The notes below the pieces were generated by a model, which made no database searches, was not told where the DNA came from, and was given only the letters and a program-made list of their open reading frames with translations. Positions 9,249-17,080 of a DNA stretch of 32,000 nucleotides are shown piece by piece. A program made the position numbers and the translations under genes. How positions within the stretch are numbered: position 1 is the stretch's first letter; every line of letters begins with the position of its first letter. Source of the stretch: Rhodothermia bacterium (GTDB lineage: Bacteria; Bacteroidota; Rhodothermia; Balneolales; Balneolaceae); assembly GCA_030427885.1 (NCBI GenBank), contig JAUICM010000004.1, forward strand, positions 519,550 to 551,549. Reading direction: 5' to 3'.

Positions 9249-9680
9249 TCAGAGTTCCGTTTTCTTTAAAAAATAGTTGGTATAACCGGGTGGCAGGTCT
9301 TCGATCTCACCACATATCTCATAGCCGTGTTTACGATAGAAATCGAGTGCCTGGAAAGTGGTAGTTCCAAGATAGTAACGATAAACTCCCATTTTATTAG
9401 CTTTTCGCTCAATAGCAGATATAAGTTTGGTTCCAATACCATTACCTCTTAATGATTTATCAACCCATAAAAGATCAATGTAAAGCCAGCTCCATGATAA
9501 ATATCCGTAGATACCACCCATGAGTTTTTCATCTTCATCACGCACCTGATGCATGATATGGGTTCTTTCATAAATCCCCGAAAAGTGACTGTTATATGAT
9601 CGAAGGCTCATTCTGAGCTCTGTTACTTCTTCATCGGTAGGGTTTTCTTTAGAGATGAAGTTTAGTTTATTTAATTCCAT
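9249..9680 (-). CDS. GNAT family N-acetyltransferase
   Basis: 143-aa ORF. Acetyl-CoA binding motif LWVDKSLRGNGIGTKLI, plus FYRKHGYE. Its stop lies 1 nt before the PaiB start (TGAtATG). Confidence 0.8.
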   Translation of the reverse strand: MELNKLNFISKENPTDEEVTELRMSLRSYNSHFSGIYERTHIMHQVRDEDEKLMGGIYGYLSWSWLYIDLLWVDKSLRGNGIGTKLISAIERKANKMGVYRYYLGTTTFQALDFYRKHGYEICGEIEDLPPGYTNYFLKKTEL

Positions 9681-9752
9681 GTATTTTTTGTCCCGTTCCG
9701 GGTTGTATGGTTGTTATAAAGGTGAATCTCAATCTATAATAAAGGTGCAATT

Positions 9753-10088
9753 ATGAACAAATATATGTTAATACTTTTTGAACACGAAGATGCGTACAAA
9801 AATATGTCTCCGGAGGATTACCAGGCTGAATTTGAAGCCCATGGAAAATGGATCCAGGAATTAGGAGAACATTATGTGAGTGGAGAGCCTTTGGAACAGC
9901 TGGCGAAATCAGTTAGAGGCAGGGAAAAACTGGTAACCGACGGTCCTTTTGTAGAGGCAAAAGAACTGGTAAGTGGTTTTTATATTCTAAATGCATCCAG
10001 CCTGGATGAGGCGACAGAGCTATCCAAAGGGTGTCCTATCCTCAGGCTCGGGGGAAGTGTTGAAGTTCGTGAGATCATGAAAATGTAA
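9753..10088 (+). CDS. YCII-related DGPF-domain protein
   Basis: 111-aa ORF with the signature DGPFVEAKELVSGFYIL. It sits immediately upstream of, and 1 nt from, an ECF sigma gene. Confidence 0.8.
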   Translation: MNKYMLILFEHEDAYKNMSPEDYQAEFEAHGKWIQELGEHYVSGEPLEQLAKSVRGREKLVTDGPFVEAKELVSGFYILNASSLDEATELSKGCPILRLGGSVEVREIMKM

Positions 10089-10089
10089 G

Positions 10090-11370
10090 TTGAATTCAAC
10101 ACAAAAAAATAGCACTTCGGTAATAGTTGAGCATCTTTTCCGACAGCAGTCGGGGAAGATGTCCGCTATTCTTATCCGTATCTTTGGATTTAATAATTCT
10201 GATCTTGTGGAGGATATTATTCAGGAGACCTTTCTTTCAGCCATGAAAGTGTGGGCTATGAAAGGAGAGCCCGAAAACCCGGAAGCCTGGCTCATGCTGG
10301 TTGCCAAGAATAAGATCATCAATGAGCTTAACAGGAAAAAGAGACAGTCGGAAAAGCGTGAAATGATCCATTATCAGGAAGCAGAAGAAAAAATAGAAGA
10401 GCTTTTTCTGGATCATGAGATCAAAGATAGCCAGCTCAGGGTTTTGTTTGGATGTTGTCACCCGGAGCTAATTCAGAAAACACAGATCATGCTCACCTTA
10501 AAAGTACTATCTGGTTTTGGAGACAGGGAGATCGCAAGTGCTTTACTGATGACCCCGGAAGCAGTGAAAAAAGCAATTTATAGGGCACGCAAACAATTGC
10601 AAAGATATCAGGATAGTATTGGCATTCCATTTCTAAGTGAAGTATCTGAGCGCTTTGAAACGGTACTGATGGTGGTATATCTGATCTTCAATGAAGGATA
10701 TAAGACCACCTCCGGAAAGGCAGTGATCAACGAAGACCTGTGTTATGAGGCGATCAGGCTGGCTTTTTTATTAGTGGAAATGAAAGGCGTAGAATCTGGA
10801 AAAGTATATGCATTGTTATCCTTAATGTATTTGAGTCTGGCCCGGTTTCCATCCAGAGTAAATGAACTAGGAGAGATGATCGGCATCGAAGATCAGGATC
10901 GTACAAAATGGAATAAGGATCTGATAGATGCAGGAGTTCACTTGTTACAACGGTCCAGAGAAAGCACTCAATTATCCAAGTATCATCTGGAAGCTACAAT
11001 AGCCGGAGTTCATTGCGCAGCCGAGAGTTACGAAAAGACCGACTGGAGAACCATCGTTTTTTGTTATGAAAAGCTCATGGAGATGGATAAATCGTATCTG
11101 ATAGCCATAAATCATGCTATTGCTGTAAGCAAGTTGAAAGGCCCTGAAGCTGGTTTAACAGAGTTGAAAGCGCTCGGAGACCAGATTCCGAAAGAGAATA
11201 ACTCATTACTATTTGCAGCAATAGCCGAAATGAATATGCAACTGAGAAATTATGAGGTTTCACGGTCATATTATCAGGTTGCACTCGATCAGGCTAAAAA
11301 GGATTCAGATAAAGTATTTCTGACCAGGAAAGTGATGGAGTGCGATAAAAAAAACTTCAGCAGGAATTAA
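10090..11370 (+). CDS. ECF sigma factor with long C-terminal TPR-like extension (ECF42-type)
   Basis: 426-aa ORF with a TTG start whose exact position is uncertain. Sigma region 2 (DLVEDIIQETFLSAMKVW...PENPEAWLMLVAKNKIINELNRKKR), region 4 (LKVLSGFGDREIASALLMTPEAVKKAIYRARKQL), then a helical extension of about 230 aa. Confidence 0.85.
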   Translation: MNSTQKNSTSVIVEHLFRQQSGKMSAILIRIFGFNNSDLVEDIIQETFLSAMKVWAMKGEPENPEAWLMLVAKNKIINELNRKKRQSEKREMIHYQEAEEKIEELFLDHEIKDSQLRVLFGCCHPELIQKTQIMLTLKVLSGFGDREIASALLMTPEAVKKAIYRARKQLQRYQDSIGIPFLSEVSERFETVLMVVYLIFNEGYKTTSGKAVINEDLCYEAIRLAFLLVEMKGVESGKVYALLSLMYLSLARFPSRVNELGEMIGIEDQDRTKWNKDLIDAGVHLLQRSRESTQLSKYHLEATIAGVHCAAESYEKTDWRTIVFCYEKLMEMDKSYLIAINHAIAVSKLKGPEAGLTELKALGDQIPKENNSLLFAAIAEMNMQLRNYEVSRSYYQVALDQAKKDSDKVFLTRKVMECDKKNFSRN

Positions 11371-11377
11371 TAAAAAA

Positions 11378-11403
11378 GGCCGCTTCCTGTCACAAAAGCG
11401 GCC
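11378..11403. terminator. hairpin terminator between convergent genes
   Basis: GGCCGC...14-nt loop...GCGGCC with an A-run on the plus side, which is a T-run on the minus strand. It best fits termination of the minus-strand kinase gene ending at 11459. The loop is long. Confidence 0.5.
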
Positions 11404-11458
11404 TTAACCATAAACATAACAACCAACCTTGATTTCAAAGCTGTTCAGGCTTTGTCAT

Positions 11459-13294
11459 CTAGTTTAAGAGATAAGCACTATGTGCTCCTTTCTTTTCTTT
11501 CTTACGAAATGTTATTGAGATACAGTTGTATTCATTTTGTTCAATCAATTTCAGTTTCCCGTTCAATTGTCTTACCAGTACTCCAATTAGTTCTGAGGTG
11601 AGCTGATCTTCCTGAGTATTTATAAAGTCAAAGACTGAAGTTTTATTCATATCACAGATCATCATACAAAACTCTTCATTTTCTACAGAGATACTTAACT
11701 GGATATCTAAAGTCCTGAGGCCTTGTTCAGCAGCTTTTTTGGCAGCAGTAGTGGAGATCTCATTCAGTAGCATTCCACAGGGGACAGCCTGATTAACATT
11801 CATGGAAATATGATTTCCGGGAACAGTAGTGAAGTTAAATCCTGAAGTGGTAGTCAGAGATTTTGCCATATCATCCACATAATCCATGAAGTCCACACTG
11901 GAGAAATCAGAGTGACTATAAAGTAACTCATGGATCTTAGCTATAGAATGAATCCTCGACTGAGTGAGTGAGAGATGCTTTTTCAATTCTTCATTCTTGT
12001 TATACATATTCTCGAGACTTATCAGTCCGGAGATGATGGCAAGGTTGTTCTTAACCCGGTGGTGCACTTCCTGTATCAGTACTTCTTTCTCTTTTAGTTG
12101 TTTTGTGATGATATTCCGATTCAAAACGTGTTCCGTCATATCTACATACACACAAAATGCAGCAACGACTTCTCCTTCGATCTTGATCGGAAACTTACTC
12201 AGAAGCACCGGTATAGCTCTCTTGTCCTTGGCGCGTCGTGTAGTTTCAATATTGATCTCTGAGCCGGCAAGAACCTGCTGAAGGAATAGTTGGTGCGCCT
12301 CATAGTCATCTTCCGGAGAGAGATATTTAAAAAGCGGATTACCCACTAGCTCTGTTTTTGAATAGCCGAATATCTTTTCGAAACTTGAATTCAGATCGAT
12401 GATGTTGCCTTCTTTATCGAGCACTACTACTCCATTAGCGGTAGAGTCGAATAACTGGCGATAGAAAAGTTCAGTGCGATCTTTTTCAGCAATGATCTCA
12501 GTTAATTTTTTATTTACCTGAATACGTTCGCTCAGATCTCTGAACGTACAGTGGATGAAAGTCTCTCCCATGTGATTGGATTGCTGAGTAATACTGATCT
12601 CAGCAGGCATTTTGGTATCATCATCTTTGGTAAACTCTGCTTCACCAAAATAAATCTCACTGAAAGAGTTTCCTGGGTTATCCTCATCAATGAGAACTTT
12701 TAGATCAAGCAGGTCACACAGCTTAAGATCCAATGCTTCTGATTTTGAATATCCTAATTGCTTACAAGCTGTTTCATTGAGGTCTATCACATTATGGTCA
12801 GTATCAGCGATGAGAATACCGTAGAATTTATTCTGAAATTGTTTTTGGTATTTTTTCTGATGTTCAGTGGCTGCTTTTTTGGAGAGGATCTCTCTTGTGA
12901 TTTCCTCGTTGGTTAAAAGAAAGTGCTTTTTACCTTCCATTGAAGTGATCTTCAAACGAAACCATTGATCGTTGGAAGATACTTGCTGATAGACCACTTC
13001 TCTGGTATCATTTTCGCCTGAAAGGACCGCTTTGCAAGCTACTATGATCTGAAGAGCGAACTCATTCCGGTTCACTAAAGGGTTTTGTAATTTCTGGAGA
13101 ATATTTTCGCCGAGTTTTGGGAAAGAAGAATAGCCATGATCCAGAATAGTATGATCTAACCAGAGTTTATTGTGAGCCACAACAGTTCCCTCATCATTCA
13201 GGATAGCAACCTGATAGGGAAGTGCACTCAGGATCTGGCTGTTTATCTTGCCGAGATCTAAAGAGGTGTAAATATTTGATTGTTGTTGCAGCAT
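11459..13294 (-). CDS. multi-PAS sensor histidine kinase, HisKA_2 type
   Basis: 611-aa ORF, cytoplasmic (no TM helices). About 3 PAS modules, H-box EVHHRVKNNLAIISGL, and a C-terminal ATPase-like region with N-box LLNEISTTAAKKA but poor G1/G2 boxes. Confidence 0.85.
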   Translation of the reverse strand: MLQQQSNIYTSLDLGKINSQILSALPYQVAILNDEGTVVAHNKLWLDHTILDHGYSSFPKLGENILQKLQNPLVNRNEFALQIIVACKAVLSGENDTREVVYQQVSSNDQWFRLKITSMEGKKHFLLTNEEITREILSKKAATEHQKKYQKQFQNKFYGILIADTDHNVIDLNETACKQLGYSKSEALDLKLCDLLDLKVLIDEDNPGNSFSEIYFGEAEFTKDDDTKMPAEISITQQSNHMGETFIHCTFRDLSERIQVNKKLTEIIAEKDRTELFYRQLFDSTANGVVVLDKEGNIIDLNSSFEKIFGYSKTELVGNPLFKYLSPEDDYEAHQLFLQQVLAGSEINIETTRRAKDKRAIPVLLSKFPIKIEGEVVAAFCVYVDMTEHVLNRNIITKQLKEKEVLIQEVHHRVKNNLAIISGLISLENMYNKNEELKKHLSLTQSRIHSIAKIHELLYSHSDFSSVDFMDYVDDMAKSLTTTSGFNFTTVPGNHISMNVNQAVPCGMLLNEISTTAAKKAAEQGLRTLDIQLSISVENEEFCMMICDMNKTSVFDFINTQEDQLTSELIGVLVRQLNGKLKLIEQNEYNCISITFRKKEKKGAHSAYLLN

Positions 13295-13316
13295 GTTCCG
13301 GTTATTTGGATCGTAC

Positions 13317-13324
13317 CAAACTTA
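13317..13324 (-). promoter_or_regulatory. candidate -7 promoter box TAAGTTTG (TAnnTTTG) on the minus strand
   Basis: The reverse complement of CAAACTTA matches the motif, 22 bp upstream of the ATG at 13294. Confidence 0.35.
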
Positions 13325-13413
13325 ACCAGAAGAACAAGTGTATGAATGACGTGAAAAACCTAATTTCCGAAATAGGTAAAAACACCTAGATGGGTTAAGA
13401 AAACTTTAATTTC

Positions 13414-14064
13414 CTACTCAAAGATATTGTTTTCAATAGCATATTTAACCAATCCGGCAGTATTTTTGGCTCCGATCTTTTGCAACAGATTTCTACGGTG
13501 AGCATCAACTGTTCGTACACTTATAAATAGTTTATCAGCAATTTCCTGATTAGTGTACTCATCAACGATAAGTTGAAGTACATCTTTTTCACGATCAGTG
13601 ATCTGAATGAAGGGATCAGATGCCTTTCGTTTTAGCTCGGGTTGCACCAACTCTTCCAGGATTGATTTTGTGGCTTCTTCACCAAAATAATGACTCCCGC
13701 TATGGATCTTTCTGATTGCATCGATAAGTTCTTCCCTGCTGGAACTTTTAAGGATATATCCTGAAGCACCGGCATGGATCATGCTTCTTATGTGTTGGTC
13801 TTCATCAGACATGGTCAGGGCTAGTATCTTGATTTCCGGGTGCTCTTTTTTGATCTTCATGGTTGCTTCAATGCCATTCATCACTGGCATATTGATGTCC
13901 ATTATGATAAATCCCGGGTTCTTTTCAGATACCTGCTGAATCGTTTCTTTTCCATTTGAGGCTTCCCCGATAATATGGAATCCGGGTTCAGTTTCGATCA
14001 AAGACCGAATCCCATCCCGAACGATCTTATGATCGTCGGTTATAATGATCTCAATATTATCCAT
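13414..14064 (-). CDS. NarL/LuxR-family response regulator (REC + HTH_LuxR)
   Basis: I prefer the ATG at 14064 (MDNIEIIITDDH...) over the track's 14100 start. Receiver motifs are IIMDINMPVMNG and LALT; the C-terminal part is TDREKDVLQLIVDEYTNQEIADKLFISVRTVDAHRRNLLQKIG. The 8-nt overlap ATGGATAA with the upstream kinase stop supports this start. Confidence 0.9.
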   Translation of the reverse strand: MDNIEIIITDDHKIVRDGIRSLIETEPGFHIIGEASNGKETIQQVSEKNPGFIIMDINMPVMNGIEATMKIKKEHPEIKILALTMSDEDQHIRSMIHAGASGYILKSSSREELIDAIRKIHSGSHYFGEEATKSILEELVQPELKRKASDPFIQITDREKDVLQLIVDEYTNQEIADKLFISVRTVDAHRRNLLQKIGAKNTAGLVKYAIENNIFE

Positions 14065-16138
14065 TGTCCTCCTTGGTTTGAGTTCCGGAGACAGGCACAC
14101 AAATAGTCATCATTGTGCCCCGTTCAACATTTGTTTCCAGGTCCAATATTCCACCCATAATAAAAGTTCTGGTTTTAATACCTGTAAGACCGATCCCTGG
14201 GTTATAGTCAGGCCTGCTCACATCAAATCCTTTTCCGTTATCCTCAATGGTAAGTATCAGATCCGTTCGATCGCGGATCAGCTGAATGCTTACTTTTGTG
14301 GCTTCAGCATGTTTAACAATATTATTAAAACATTCCTGTACAATACGGTAAATGTTCAACTCAATTTTCTGAGAAAATCGTTCGTCGCCAATATTGTCAT
14401 AAAAATTGAAGATAAGATCAGTGCTTTTACCAAAACTGTCTACCAGATTCTGAATACTGGTCTTGAGGCCATTGTCCTCAACCACTCTCGGCATGAGATT
14501 ATGAGATATATTCCTTGTTTCTGACATTGCCTGTTTCAGATAGTTTATCCCGTTATCGAACAGCTCCTGGCTTTTACTATCCAGAGAACGGATCTTATCC
14601 TTAATGGCATCAAGATTCATATTTGAAGCCGCAAGAAGCTGTCCCAACCCATCGTGGAGGTCATGAGCCAGCCTGCGTCGTTCTCTGGTTTCTCCCTCGA
14701 TGAAAGAAGAGAGAGCTTTTTCCTCGGCTTCTCTTTGAGCAGTTATATCTTTGAAAACGATCATACGATAATCATTTTCGAGGTATTTCATTTGCTTCCC
14801 ACTTATTTCCACAGTTAACAAGGTTCCGTCTTTTGTGATATGTTTCCACTCAAGAAGGGGGGATGCGGTGTCCTTATATTTTTGAATGGTTTCAATCACT
14901 CTGTCGTGATCTTCTTCAACAAATAAATTAAGAAGGGATAGTCCCTGGATTTCATCTTTTGAGTATCCATATAAGTCCATGGCTGCTTCATTCATTTCAA
15001 TGATCTCGTAAGTTGCAGGATCATAAATACATTTTGGAAGGGGGCTTTTCGTAAAAAGAAGTTTATACTTTTCTTCAGATTCCCGAAGCAGAGTATCTGC
15101 CTTTTTTTCTTCGGTGATATTAACCATCGCACCAACCAGACCAATAGCTTTTTTGTGTACATCCCGAATAAAATATCCTTTGTCCCATACATGAATAACA
15201 TCTCCAGCCGGGTTAATGAGCCGGTACTCATGAAACCAGTGGGTTTGATCTGAATTTCTGATCTCTTCGAAATGATCATCCAGTTCTTCAAAATCATCGG
15301 GATGGATCACTGACTTGATCCAGGTAAAATTATTACCAATATGATCTGCATCGAACCCAAAATGTGTTTGCCACCCACGGCTCCACCAGGCTTTATCATT
15401 TACCAGATCCCATTCATAGAGTACGTCGTTGGTAGACTTTGAGATATATTCGAATCGGCGCTGTTCTTTAATTAGTGCCTCTTCGGTAATCCGCTGATCG
15501 CTAACATCCAGACCAATACCTATACTTATGTTTTCATCCAGTGCGATCCGACTCCACCGTTGATGTAGTATTCTCCCATCTTTCGAAGTAACCATGTATT
15601 CATCCCAGGATCCGTCGAATTTACGTACAGCTTTTTGGGCCCGCATTAATTCCTCATTATCCTTAATGAATGTTTCGAGTACATTCACGGATTGTATTTC
15701 TTCATTGGTCCACCCCAGCTTACGTTCATATTCCTTATTTATCTTAATGGTACCGGATTCTTTATCATACTGAAGTAAAAGAACAGGAATGGAATCAAAT
15801 ATTGCCGTGAGTAAAAGATTGGTTTGCTTCACTTCCTCTTCGCTTTCCTTTCTCAATCTGAATTCGCGATTGTTCATTGAGGTATAAAATGCAAAGATCA
15901 GGATGGGGTAGAAGATCAGGACAAGAAAGTCTTCGGCTGAATCGAAAAAAGTAGTGATCTCAAGGTGTTCAAGTAAGTTGAATCCCCCTATCAGAAAAAG
16001 TACCAGACCTCCGATGATCAGAAATGAGCTATTTAAGACTCCGGTTTTATTACGACGGATCAGAAGGAGTATAACCCCGCCAAGTGCAAAGAGGCAGCCG
16101 ATAAAATTTATCAGGGGAACCAGTTTATCCATTCTCAC
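14057..16138 (-). CDS. membrane PAS sensor histidine kinase, HisKA_3 (NarX/DegS-like) type
   Basis: 693-aa ORF. 3 N-terminal TM helices, about 3 PAS modules, H-box RRLAHDLHDGLGQLL, and HATPase_c (IVQECFNNIVKHA, DNGKGF, GIGLTGI). Confidence 0.9.
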   Translation of the reverse strand: MRMDKLVPLINFIGCLFALGGVILLLIRRNKTGVLNSSFLIIGGLVLFLIGGFNLLEHLEITTFFDSAEDFLVLIFYPILIFAFYTSMNNREFRLRKESEEEVKQTNLLLTAIFDSIPVLLLQYDKESGTIKINKEYERKLGWTNEEIQSVNVLETFIKDNEELMRAQKAVRKFDGSWDEYMVTSKDGRILHQRWSRIALDENISIGIGLDVSDQRITEEALIKEQRRFEYISKSTNDVLYEWDLVNDKAWWSRGWQTHFGFDADHIGNNFTWIKSVIHPDDFEELDDHFEEIRNSDQTHWFHEYRLINPAGDVIHVWDKGYFIRDVHKKAIGLVGAMVNITEEKKADTLLRESEEKYKLLFTKSPLPKCIYDPATYEIIEMNEAAMDLYGYSKDEIQGLSLLNLFVEEDHDRVIETIQKYKDTASPLLEWKHITKDGTLLTVEISGKQMKYLENDYRMIVFKDITAQREAEEKALSSFIEGETRERRRLAHDLHDGLGQLLAASNMNLDAIKDKIRSLDSKSQELFDNGINYLKQAMSETRNISHNLMPRVVEDNGLKTSIQNLVDSFGKSTDLIFNFYDNIGDERFSQKIELNIYRIVQECFNNIVKHAEATKVSIQLIRDRTDLILTIEDNGKGFDVSRPDYNPGIGLTGIKTRTFIMGGILDLETNVERGTMMTICVPVSGTQTKEDNG

Positions 16139-16388
16139 CCCTGTAATTGAGAACGCCTAAAAAGAAAAAAATACATGCGACAGTAAATGAGAGATGTTCT
16201 AGTACGTTCATAAGTTCGTACAATAGAACTCCTTCCAGTACAGTAAAAACTTCACTCACTACCAGGGCAGAAATACACGTAAGCCAGAAGCGCGGTAATT
16301 TAAATTTGTACCGTTTTGTCAGATTAAGCAGGAACACATATAAACTCGAGCAAAGGATCAGGCTTATTACTTCCGGATATTCAAACAT
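16125..16388 (-). CDS. small 3-TM membrane protein, or a detached N-terminal part of the downstream kinase
   Basis: 87-aa hydrophobic ORF, co-directional with the kinase ORF and overlapping its start by 14 nt. It shares an NxLEHL motif with the kinase's own TM region. Confidence 0.45.
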   Translation of the reverse strand: MFEYPEVISLILCSSLYVFLLNLTKRYKFKLPRFWLTCISALVVSEVFTVLEGVLLYELMNVLEHLSFTVACIFFFLGVLNYRGENG

Positions 16389-16457
16389 ATAGGTATTACT
16401 CCTGAGGTGAATGGAACGCCGTTTCTATACTATTTCATAAAAAGGAATATTTAAGTA

Positions 16458-16489
16458 ATAAAAAAGCCACACCGTTTTAAGGAGTGGCT
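16458..16489 (-). terminator. rho-independent terminator (minus strand)
   Basis: Minus strand reads AGCCAC-13 nt-GTGGCT followed by TTTTTTAT, about 40 nt downstream of the small ORF stop at 16527. Confidence 0.55.
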
Positions 16490-16526
16490 TGCAGAAATTC
16501 TTACTCTTTAAGTACAAGAAGCGGGA

Positions 16527-16634
16527 TTATTTCTTACCAGATTTATTTGCTTGACCAACTTTTTTCTGAGCTACAGCATTTTTAGCTACAGGTTTTGATT
16601 GGGTTTGAGCAGGCTGTTTAAATTTGTTAGCCAT
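16527..16634 (-). CDS. hypothetical 35-aa lysine-rich peptide (MANKFKQPAQTQSKPVAKNAVAQKKVGQANKSGKK)
   Basis: Found by hand translation; it is below the ORF-track length cutoff. ATG is preceded by GGAG 8 nt upstream and followed by a dedicated terminator. No family recognised. Confidence 0.35.
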   Translation of the reverse strand: MANKFKQPAQTQSKPVAKNAVAQKKVGQANKSGKK

Positions 16635-17080
16635 TGTAGTGCTCCGTACGAATACGTTGTTGTGGTTATGTTCTATCGCCCGTTTTGGCGAAACCGTAAC
16701 CCATGTCTGAGAGCCAGCGGCCTCAGGTCATTGATTAAAGATACATACTTGTTTAAAGATTAATTCAATAGCGGAGGCATTCCATGCCCAATTATTTATC
16801 TATAGCTTTTGATAGAATTCTTCTATGAAATAAACTGATTTTGGGTGGTTAGCAGGGATATTTCTATTGTGGATAAAAATTTAACATTTATGTGTAAATA
16901 GCCCTTTATGAGCTTCAGAATGTATTTATGGCAAAAAGAAGGCTGTTTTATAGTTATCAAATTTTTACAAAAACAGGTAAAAAATGTGGAAAACTCTGAT
17001 TTTTTCCGCATACTTATGCTCTTGTGGTATAATAAATCATCTAACTTAACGGCTATAATCTAACTTACAGGGGAAGGAAA

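Noticed and set aside
13414-14100. The track's longer start (14100) for the response regulator
   Set aside because: The extra 12 residues (MCLSPELKPRRT) lie inside the upstream kinase coding region. The ATG at 14064 gives a canonical receiver N-terminus and a typical 8-nt overlap.
16147-16392. Plus-strand 81-aa ORF opposite the small membrane ORF
   Set aside because: It has a highly basic, low-complexity translation. The opposite-strand frame encodes clean TM helices and is co-oriented and overlapping with the kinase gene, so that frame is preferred.
17022-17059. Sigma70-style TATAAT boxes (17028-17033 and 17054-17059) as the promoter of the motor-like operon
   Set aside because: No acceptable -35 lies at 16-18 bp spacing; the TTGTGG at 17022-17027 is 0 or 26 bp away. 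AT-rich spacers generate TATAAT by chance. The promoter of this operon is left unassigned.
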